DNA of 64,000 nucleotides from Promethearchaeota archaeon (GTDB lineage Archaea; Asgardarchaeota; Lokiarchaeia; Sigyniarchaeales; SOKP01): NCBI GenBank assembly GCA_013375475.1, contig JABXKD010000004.1, positions 10,659 to 74,658 of the forward strand, read 5' to 3'. Shown piece by piece: positions 30,211 to 36,972 of this stretch (position 1 is its first letter; each line of letters starts with the position of its first letter). The notes under the pieces were generated by a model. It saw only the letters and a program-made list of their open reading frames with translations, ran no database searches and was not told where the DNA came from. The position numbers and the translations under genes were made by a program.

Positions 30211-30382
30211 TTTCTATATTTTTTATCTCCTTGTTAATGCTTCCCCTGCCAATTTTAATTATTCCATATCCAATGGTGACGGGAATTAAACTTGAAATCG
30301 CCAAAACAAATCTTGTCAACTCTAATTCCCAATAATCGATTGAAGAATCATCAAAACCATAATAGTATGAGGAAATAAACAA
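30191..30382 (-). CDS. Small two-TM membrane protein; true N-terminus probably upstream
   Basis: Track ORF (TTG start). The frame stays open upstream and encodes a further hydrophobic helix (KKTIILIIGLIFLFLGLFLF). A well-placed ATG at 30450 is out of frame across an 8-nt homopolymer (30430-30437). Confidence 0.4.
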   Translation of the reverse strand: MFISSYYYGFDDSSIDYWELELTRFVLAISSLIPVTIGYGIIKIGRGSINKEIKNIESERQES

Positions 30383-30680
30383 AAATAGTCCTAGGAAAAG
30401 AAAGATTAAACCGATGATAAGTATGATCGTTTTTTTTGTTTTAAATCCATATTTTTATCATATATTTATTGAGTCATATATTTTGGTAAAAAAATATAGC
30501 ATGACATTCTATAAAAAGATATATTTGATTACTACTAGTAGTTTTTTAAGACAAATAATTGAATAATTATAGTCAAATACTCGAATCTATGAACCTTTTT
30601 ACATCAGATACAATTTACATTTCGATTTCGAGCATTATTGTAATGCTTACGGACGAAAGATATGACACTTGAGACTACAA

Positions 30681-31994
30681 CTAAATTGAATAAAACGGAC
30701 AGCGTCTAAATTCACATGAATAAAAGACTTCATCAAAATCGATAAAATTATCCTCAAAAAGATAATTAGTTGAGTTAAAGTGCACTTTTTTATTAGATTT
30801 TAAATGGATTTTAACAGCCCTCTCTGTTGGTCTTCCCCGAACGTACCTCAGATAACCTACTATCCAAGCTATATCAGCCCAGGATAAAAATCGCGGTTTT
30901 CCGATTTTTTTGTAGTAAATTCCTCGATAATGTAATACTATAAAGTAATGCCTTAAATTTAGTGCAAAAACTATCAACCGACCACCAACTCCCAAGACTA
31001 AAACACTTAATAGTATGAGTACAATTCTAACTCCAGAAGCTGTTAATCCGAGTCCATAAGCTCTCTCGTCATCTGTCAAGAGAGCCAACAATCCGAGAGC
31101 CCAAAAAAGTAATATGAAGAAAAATCCAAAGATAAACGCCAATACCGTTTGAAACTTATATTTGCTTGCTAAAATTACAAGATTTCCCATTTCCGTTGCG
31201 GTAATAGGCATAGATTGAGATTTTCCCAGCCTTGATCCCTTAAAGCGTCTAAAAACCGTCTCTAAAGCTCTTCTTTTTCTCTTATCCATTTCTATGGAGG
31301 GATTTATGGAGTACGATTCTACGATTGAGACCTCTTGAGTCGTATCATATTCATTCTCCAGGGAGTAACTTGCGGAAGATGAGGGTTGAGTTGGTCCTTC
31401 GTATTCTTTGAAGATTAAAGGTAGATTTTTCCAAGCTATGTTTAATGTTTTTGCTTTATACACCAATTCTCCTATTTTCTTAAAAGCTTCTTTAAAATTT
31501 TCTCCACTTAAGGGCGAGGTCTCGTAGTATGAGGCGTTTAATTTTTCGGCTAAATTTTCAACCATAGGTAAAATGATTTTCCGTTCTTCTGTTAAATGTG
31601 CCTTATTTCCAATTAAAATTCTAGGTATTCCACTTAATCCATATTTCACGGCTGAGTTATACCAAGAATTAATATTACTAAATGTATTCGAGCGTGTGAG
31701 ATCAAATACTAAAAGCATTCCGTCAGCCCCGTTGAAATATGGGCGATGAAGCATATAGAATTGAGGTTGTCCGGCGATATCCCAAAACATTAAGTATACC
31801 TTGGCGTTATAAGCTTTCAGTTCGATGGGTTGTTTTAAAATTGACACTCCAACAGAGGGTAAATATTTTTCTTCAAATTGATTTGTAGCAAATTTAGCGA
31901 TAAGCTCGCTTTTACCAACACCAGGGTCCCCAACTACAATGATTTTATAAATCGCTTCAGTTTTGCCTCGAAAAATAATTTCATCATTACTCAT
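30681..31994 (-). CDS. Ras/Rab-like small GTPase fused to a linker, two-TM hairpin and C-terminal beta-rich domain
   Basis: G1 GDPGVGKS, switch I YLPSVGV, G3 WDIAGQ, G4 GNKAHL (31596-31607; NKxD Asp replaced by His), G5 ETSPLSG. Then an S-rich linker, the hydrophobic segments FQTVLAFIFGFFFILLFWALGLLALL and RIVLILLSVLVLGVGGRLIVFAL, then about 90 aa. Confidence 0.85.
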   Translation of the reverse strand: MSNDEIIFRGKTEAIYKIIVVGDPGVGKSELIAKFATNQFEEKYLPSVGVSILKQPIELKAYNAKVYLMFWDIAGQPQFYMLHRPYFNGADGMLLVFDLTRSNTFSNINSWYNSAVKYGLSGIPRILIGNKAHLTEERKIILPMVENLAEKLNASYYETSPLSGENFKEAFKKIGELVYKAKTLNIAWKNLPLIFKEYEGPTQPSSSASYSLENEYDTTQEVSIVESYSINPSIEMDKRKRRALETVFRRFKGSRLGKSQSMPITATEMGNLVILASKYKFQTVLAFIFGFFFILLFWALGLLALLTDDERAYGLGLTASGVRIVLILLSVLVLGVGGRLIVFALNLRHYFIVLHYRGIYYKKIGKPRFLSWADIAWIVGYLRYVRGRPTERAVKIHLKSNKKVHFNSTNYLFEDNFIDFDEVFYSCEFRRCPFYSI

Positions 31995-32096
31995 AGTAGC
32001 AGTAATCCTGTCTTATGCTTTGTGTTAATATTAATAAAATTATTGGGTTTAAATAGTTGCGTTTAGAATCAGTGGTAACTTTTTATAAGAGGTTAT

Positions 32097-32182
32097 TAGA
32101 GAATAACGAGAAGAATTGTAATCCTCATGTGTTCATGAAACCCAACCCTTATTCTATAAAACAAGGCTTCTCTTTATTTCTT
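32097..32182 (+). repeat. Direct repeat copy A (about 86 bp)
   Basis: tagagaat..agaagaattgtaatcctcatgtgttcatgaaaccc...cttctctttatttct. Aligns by eye with 33582..33670: a 30-bp core with 1 mismatch, roughly 80 percent identity overall, with small indels. Confidence 0.8.
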
Positions 32183-32443
32183 TCATTCACTAATAATTAA
32201 TTATTAGAAAAAGTTTAAAAATTTTTATCTGTCTCCTTTTGAATTGTAAATTTTTGCTTTAATTTCCTTTCTTCTTCATTTTAGCTTTCCAGTAGAACCG
32301 AGTATTTGAACCTCACAATCGTTTCCTTTTGATTTTAAAAAATTCTCGTTAAATATAATAAATAAATATTTGAACGGTGCATGCTAAGTTAAATTTGCAA
32401 TATACAAGAATAAATAGAAATAAAATAGAGGAATGGAACAAGA

Positions 32444-33340
32444 ATGGGAATTATTTACAAATTTTATGAACCTGATAATGATTATGAGCAGATTCAAGCC
32501 GATTTATACAATAATGCCATTGGAAAATATGGAACCCCAGGCAATGCAACAGCCGACCAGATCAAAGAAAGATATAGGGTCGAAGGTTTTGATAATAAAG
32601 GTGTCCAATATGCATTTGATGATGATAAGCCAATTGCATATATTCAAACGAGGAAAATAATCGAAACAAAACAGGTTTCTATCGGATATCCTTGGTCAAC
32701 AACTGATTGTCCTGAAGAAGTTAAGGATGAGATGTTCAAAAATATGGTAAATTATCTATATACACGTGATCCTGAATATAAAATAGTTTGCGGGGTAATC
32801 CAAGATTCTTGGACGGATGTACGGGATTTTTTAAAAAAATACAATTGTACTGTAGAAAACGAGTATAAAACTTACTTTTTGGATATTACAAACCTTAGTA
32901 AACTCGATAATAGTGGTTATACCTCTAAAATCGGAACTTCTGATGACGAGGAGGCACTTTTTGAATTATGCATGTCTGAACCCGGTTTCAGTGATACCTT
33001 TCCAAATGAAGAAGCAGTGAAAATTTTTGTTAAAGACGTCCTTAAAGAACTTGAAACGATACTTATTTATAAAAATGATGAGTTAGTATCCTCTGGCGCA
33101 GTTCTTTCTTATGAACCAGATAGAAATAATATTATTAATACACGATTTACAGCTACAAGAGATTATAAGTTCGAGTATTGGAAGGCATACGTTATTGAAA
33201 TAGCTAAAAGATTAATAAAGAAAGGTTTAGATGGAATGAAATTTACCTTGTTTGATCGTCAACCAGAACATTTAGAATTTTATGATAAATATTCTTCAGG
33301 TTCTAGGGCTGGATTTAGATATGCAGTTCCGAAACCTTGA
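32444..33340 (+). CDS. Hypothetical protein (possible GNAT-like fold), flanked by the direct repeats
   Basis: ORF track. No firm motif. The overlapping 32433..32660 frame is rejected. Confidence 0.55.
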   Translation: MGIIYKFYEPDNDYEQIQADLYNNAIGKYGTPGNATADQIKERYRVEGFDNKGVQYAFDDDKPIAYIQTRKIIETKQVSIGYPWSTTDCPEEVKDEMFKNMVNYLYTRDPEYKIVCGVIQDSWTDVRDFLKKYNCTVENEYKTYFLDITNLSKLDNSGYTSKIGTSDDEEALFELCMSEPGFSDTFPNEEAVKIFVKDVLKELETILIYKNDELVSSGAVLSYEPDRNNIINTRFTATRDYKFEYWKAYVIEIAKRLIKKGLDGMKFTLFDRQPEHLEFYDKYSSGSRAGFRYAVPKP

Positions 33341-33344
33341 ATGC

Positions 33345-33391
33345 TTTGAAAAATTTTTCAAAACTCAACAATTTTTCTATTCTTTTTTTTT
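33345..33391 (+). terminator. A/T palindrome plus T9 run downstream of 32444..33340
   Basis: tttgaaaaatttttcaaa (33345-33362, perfect palindrome) followed by T9 at 33383-33391. Oligo-T tracts are the usual archaeal termination signal. Confidence 0.35.
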
Positions 33392-33581
33392 CTGTAATAA
33401 TATCCATAAAGAGCGATGATTAAAAATGGTATAATCAAATCAAAAAGCCTTTTGTACGATAATTTCGATTTAAGGTTTTTTATCTTTTCAAAAGAATTTT
33501 CATTGAAATCAGACGCTGATTTTACATTTTCATAGAATCAACTAAATCGAATCTATCTATTGTTTCTGTTTGATTTCAAAA

Positions 33582-33670
33582 TAGAGAATTTCAAGAAGAA
33601 TTGTAATCCTTATGTGTTCATAAACCCCAAACCCAACTATTTCTCTAAAACAAACCTTCTCTTTATTTCT
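33582..33670 (+). repeat. Direct repeat copy B (about 89 bp)
   Basis: tagagaat..agaagaattgtaatccttatgtgttcataaacccc...cttctctttatttct. Partner of 32097..32182. Confidence 0.8.
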
Positions 33671-33780
33671 CTTGCATTTTTCTTATTAATAACAACTCTT
33701 ATATATCGGATTAAACATTATTTTAACAAGATATTGTACAATTCTATTGGGTTTATTTATCTGTAATATGTCAACCACTT

Positions 33781-34404
33781 TTACATATCAGCTTCAGGAG
33801 CAAAAACTGCCGTATAAACCAATTTTCCTATTGGTTCTTTATTAATTAACTCTTTCATCCGTGATTTGACTTGTTTTTTATGTTCTTTACCTAAAATTTC
33901 TTTATAGTAGCTAGTCGCTCTTAATATGCTAAGGAAATACATGAATGTTTTATCAGGTACATTGTTATTTTGTAAAAGAACTTCTTTTAACTTATTAATA
34001 ATCTCTTCACTCAGGTCATGATTGAAATTTAACACTGTAAAAGCATATGTTCTTGCTAATCTTACTCTATTAAAAGACAAATTCATTAAGTTTAAAGACT
34101 CTAAATGCTCTATGAAGAGTGGAAATAAATATTCACCTCTTTTTTTAAAAAAAAATTTTTTAAAATAGAATGAAACTTTTTTATTCGTTTCGAATTCTGA
34201 GATTATCGATAAAGCCCCATCAAGATAAGAGTCTCCCGTTGAAGTGGTATCAATTAAATTCATTCTAGATCCAATAATTTCTACTTTCATTTTGATTATC
34301 AAATCCATTAATACTGCTCCATATATTCCCGCTTCCTCGATATATGCAGAACTTTTCGCTTTAAATAAGACATGCATATCGGAAACCAATAATGATGATA
34401 ATAT
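33781..34404 (-). CDS. GPP34 / GOLPH3 (Vps74)-like family protein
   Basis: GIYGAVLMDLIIKMKVEIIGSRMNLIDTTSTGDSYLDGALSIISE matches the family core (GAxLxEL....gri........v.d..pTGdplLD.aL..i). The C-terminal helical part is also colinear. Start set at ATA 34404, 6 nt after GAGGGAGG. The track start TTG 34389 is 21 nt from that SD. Confidence 0.55.
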   Translation of the reverse strand: MLSSLLVSDMHVLFKAKSSAYIEEAGIYGAVLMDLIIKMKVEIIGSRMNLIDTTSTGDSYLDGALSIISEFETNKKVSFYFKKFFFKKRGEYLFPLFIEHLESLNLMNLSFNRVRLARTYAFTVLNFNHDLSEEIINKLKEVLLQNNNVPDKTFMYFLSILRATSYYKEILGKEHKKQVKSRMKELINKEPIGKLVYTAVFAPEADM

Positions 34405-34698
34405 GATTATCCTCCCTCTTTTTTCACTTAAAACTTATAATATGATTATGAACTAAACAGATAATTTAGTATATAAACTTATTAAGACGGAAATTAAATA
34501 ATGCTAATTATGTTTAATAAAAAACTGATAACGATATGGCGCTGGCAATGAAATTAATGTAGAATAAAAGCTCAATTCTTCTAAAAAGTTCTACTTGATA
34601 ATCAAAAAAACTCGATATATAACCTTTAAATGCCTAAAGATATATATAAGCAATGAATATTATTCTACACTTTTGTATCAAATAGGAAAGTTAATCAC

Positions 34699-34896
34699 AT
34701 GGCACTTATAATCACACATCCTGGTTCTGCGCATTTAGATGATTTTTTATCTTGCTGTTTGGTCATAAATAAGAGCGGGAATATTAAACTTCGTTATATA
34801 AAACTCCTGAAGATTTGTCTTACGAAATTTATAACGGAACGGGAAACGAGCTCTATTTTATCCCCGTTAAGGTGGGAAGTTATCTTAATTGGTTAA
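34699..34896 (+). pseudogene. Probable gene remnant: about 25 N-terminal residues of a metal-dependent hydrolase-like protein, then unrelated sequence
   Basis: MALIITHPGSAHLDDFLSCCLV resembles the H-x-G-x-x-H-x-D-(D/E)-x-x-(A/S)-C start of MYG1/UPF0160-type proteins. After about 30 aa the frame becomes low-quality and stops. Confidence 0.25.
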
Positions 34897-35243
34897 ATCA
34901 AAGCATTCCACCTACCGATCAAGTTTATAGTTTCACTACTAACAATACTATCGTTTTCGATTATACACAACTTGGTGCGAACGATACTATAATATATAAG
35001 TATAACGAGCACGGTTTAATGAGTCATTATCAAATTTTCTACAACGGAACGCTTGCCTTCAGCTTCGAACTTAAGAGTTTTAAGCTTGCGAGTCTCGACT
35101 TTATTTTACTCATAACCATCATAATCAGTTCAGTTTCAATAGGATCTCTAGCATTATTTGTTATTCTAAGAAGAAGACGATTAAAAAGATCCGAAAAAGC
35201 AAGGGAGAAAGGGACTAAAAACTTGTTGAAAAAGATTAAGTAA
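34815..35243 (+). CDS. C-terminal-anchor fragment of a surface protein (no signal peptide); possibly a remnant
   Basis: TTG start. Sequon-bearing beta-rich segment, then the TM LDFILLITIIISSVSIGSLALFVIL plus the basic tail RRRRLKR. This is the same C-terminal architecture as 2673..6635, but only 142 aa. Confidence 0.35.
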   Translation: MSYEIYNGTGNELYFIPVKVGSYLNWLNQSIPPTDQVYSFTTNNTIVFDYTQLGANDTIIYKYNEHGLMSHYQIFYNGTLAFSFELKSFKLASLDFILLITIIISSVSIGSLALFVILRRRRLKRSEKAREKGTKNLLKKIK

Positions 35244-35320
35244 ATAAATTTGTAAACATTTGGGCTGCAAAGATTTAAATATCTGCGTTGTTTCAAGAAA
35301 ATTAACGATAAGAAAATTAA

Positions 35321-36034
35321 GTGAATTACATCATGAAAACAGAAGAAGAAAATGTCGATCAAGAGCTTGATCCTCGCAGAATCGACAAATATATTACCGA
35401 GGGAGTACATCCTTCCGAAGCTCCGGTATTAGCGCTATTAGAAAAATTAAGAGGAGAACCACTATCAAACGCGAAACTCGTCATAGAAAGGTGGAGAGGG
35501 AAATCAATAGAAGAATTGGGTATAACTGATCCTATAGATTACAGATATGAAGATATTGACTGGTACGAAAATCGAATAATGGTTTACACATTAAACGAGA
35601 AAGGATACATTACTCGGATTAATGCCGAGCATCCAGAATTGTCTAAGATCGGTTGTATCCCCAAATAACTGTGCGCACTCACACACTTAGTTGAATTAAC
35701 TTTAATTGATCAAGAAATCAACGAAATTCCGGAGTGTATCAAGAATTTAACTGATCTGAAACGACTTAATTTGAGTTATAACAATATAAGTATTATTCCT
35801 AATTCAATTAAAGAACTCAAAAATATGGTCACATTAGATTTGAGTTATACCAATATAAAAGAACTTCCTTTCTTAATTAAAGAATTTCCTCATTTTAGAC
35901 ACATATTTTTAGCAAATAAGGAATTTGATTTACCTTACATAGATATTATCGAATTTTCGGGTGTCGTAAATCTCGAAGAAAATCTTAATCTAAAAAGTTT
36001 ATCAGAAAAGCTGGAACATAGGAGAAAGAAATAA
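35321..36034 (+). pseudogene. LRR protein interrupted by one in-frame TAA (35666-35668)
   Basis: Track ORFs 35321..35668 and 35771..36034 share one frame (offset 450 nt). Read-through gives ...GYITRINAEHPELSKIGCIPK*LCALTHLVELTLIDQEINEIPECIKNLTDLKRLNLSYNNISIIPNSIKELKNMVTLDLSYTNIKELP, colinear with GHIIELGLSG...LRQIPEAIGLLRHLEILTI of 54012..55346. Confidence 0.6.
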
Positions 36035-36085
36035 ATATATTTTAAAAAAATTATTAGGATTTGGGAGTTTTGGGTTCTCTTCTTT

Positions 36086-36107
36086 AACTTTTTTTTAACT
36101 TTTTTTT
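36086..36107 (+). terminator. Tandem aactttttttt x2 (two T8 runs) downstream of the LRR gene
   Basis: A perfect 11-nt tandem duplication, 36086-36096 and 36097-36107, about 50 nt after the stop at 36034. Confidence 0.4.
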
Positions 36108-36218
36108 ACCTGCTCACCTCGCTCTTGGCGTTAAAACATAAGATTTTGGTTTTTTCGGTTTTTGGCTAAAGCTTAACAAATATATCTTAATGCCATTAAT
36201 TAAATAATGACCGTGATT

Positions 36219-36290
36219 TTAAAAGTCTAAACGCTCAAAATTTGTGCCCGCGTTTTTAATTATTATCCTTCCTTTTTCTGGTTTGTTCAT
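36219..36290 (-). CDS. Candidate 23-aa peptide (paralogue B)
   Basis: Not in the track. MNKPEKGRIIIKNAGTNFERLDF*. GAGGTA (revcomp of tacctc, 36298-36303) lies exactly 7 nt upstream of the ATG. Confidence 0.4.
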   Translation of the reverse strand: MNKPEKGRIIIKNAGTNFERLDF

Positions 36291-36373
36291 TTTTCTTTAC
36301 CTCGCCTTTTTTTACTTGTTTTTATTTTATTTTTGGTCCGTTTTGTTCAAAAATTAAAATAAAAATTATTTAA

Positions 36374-36463
36374 TTAGCGTCTTAAAATTAAGGTTGCTGG
36401 ATTAGTTCCCTCAACAAAGCTTATATCTATCTTTCCTTTTCCGTTTTTATCTCTTTTTCTCAT
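36374..36463 (-). CDS. Candidate 29-aa peptide (paralogue A)
   Basis: Not in the track. MRKRDKNGKGKIDISFVEGTNPATLILRR*. The same hexamer GAGGTA (36471-36476) lies at the same 7-nt spacing. Aligns with paralogue B: KG(R/K)I(I/D)I...(A/E)GTN(F/P)..(R/T)L. Confidence 0.4.
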   Translation of the reverse strand: MRKRDKNGKGKIDISFVEGTNPATLILRR

Positions 36464-36531
36464 TTTTTTCTACCTCTTTTCTTTTATTTATTCCTGGTAT
36501 TTTTTTTTATTTTTATTTAAAAAATTGTAAT

Positions 36532-36801
36532 TTAAAAATTGATTAGGTTATTTCTATACCCTAACATTTTCGCGTCAAGGTTCGCCTTCATATCATTGAT
36601 ACATTTGACTTCCTCGGTAATTCTCGCGTTAAATTTAATGTTCTTGAATACTTTACTAAGTTTATTTTTTATTGATTGTGATTCAGCTTCTTTTATTTCA
36701 GGCTCCTGGAACAGCACCTGAGGCCTTGCTACCTCAGGTGCTTTGGTCTGGAATAGAACCTTGCTATCGATGCTGGCGCTTTTTTCCTCGGCTTGAGCCA
36801 T
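36532..36801 (-). CDS. Hypothetical 89-aa protein with internal VLFQ repeat
   Basis: ORF track. SKVLFQTKAPEVARPQVLFQEPEIKEAE. GGAAGTGA lies about 9 nt upstream of the ATG. The + strand ORFs overlapping it look like shadow frames. Coding status is uncertain because of the embedded hairpin. Confidence 0.45.
   Translation of the reverse strand: MAQAEEKSASIDSKVLFQTKAPEVARPQVLFQEPEIKEAESQSIKNKLSKVFKNIKFNARITEEVKCINDMKANLDAKMLGYRNNLINF
36713..36742. other. Perfect 11-bp inverted repeat with 8-nt loop, GC-rich
   Basis: agcacctgagg (36713-36723), loop ccttgcta, cctcaggtgct (36732-36742). Flanked by direct ctggaa(c/t)a motifs. Lies inside the 89-aa ORF. Confidence 0.7.
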
Positions 36802-36900
36802 TTTTTACATCACTTCCTTTTTTTATTTTTTTTAATTTTCTTTCTTTTTTTGGTTCTAAATAAAATTAAGAAATTCAGTTTAATATAGCTTTACTATGTA

Positions 36901-36958
36901 AAGTTCGCACGAACTTCGAACATTCGCTCGAACCAAATACTTAAATAGTTACGAACTT
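36901..36958. promoter_or_regulatory. Divergent-promoter repeat cluster: 16-bp palindrome plus repeated CGAAC / ACGAACTT motifs
   Basis: aagttcg-ca-cgaactt (36901-36916; 7-bp arms). CGAAC at 36910, 36917, 36929 and 36952. ACGAACTT at 36909-36916 and 36951-36958. A TATA-like cttaaatag (36940-36948) lies about 25-30 nt before ATG 36973. Confidence 0.45.
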
Positions 36959-36972
36959 ATTAATAATTAAAT

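Noticed and set aside
33560-33766. 68-aa track ORF covering repeat copy B
   Set aside because: The paralogous repeat copy A differs by indels that are not multiples of three, so the shared sequence is not conserved as a reading frame. Treated as a non-coding repeat.
31878-35410. 31878..32066, 32433..32660, 34244..34456, 35039..35410
   Set aside because: These overlap better-supported genes (GTPase, 32444..33340, GPP34-like, anchor fragment/LRR) in another frame or strand.
16102-35668. Genetic-code change (TAA reassigned to a sense codon)
   Set aside because: TAA clearly terminates several well-delimited genes here (for example 9703..10881, 61683..63539 and both micro-ORFs). TGA and TAG are also used as stops (2673..6635, 6652..9651). 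No support for global reassignment.
36111-36125. Third SD-like unit (gcgaggtga) as a third micro-ORF
   Set aside because: No ATG/GTG/TTG or plausible near-cognate start at the right spacing. Downstream frames hit stops within a few codons or run antisense into the LRR gene.
36040-36530. CRISPR array or tandem-repeat locus in the pyrimidine-rich spacer
   Set aside because: There is only an 11-nt tandem duplication and loosely similar SD-ORF units. No regularly spaced identical repeats, no spacers of uniform length, and no cas genes in the window.
36539-36863. Plus-strand ORFs 36539..36721 and 36672..36863
   Set aside because: Antisense to the 89-aa ORF, with no SD and F/L/S-rich products. 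The minus-strand frame has an SD-like box and a more protein-like composition. Even that call is only moderate.
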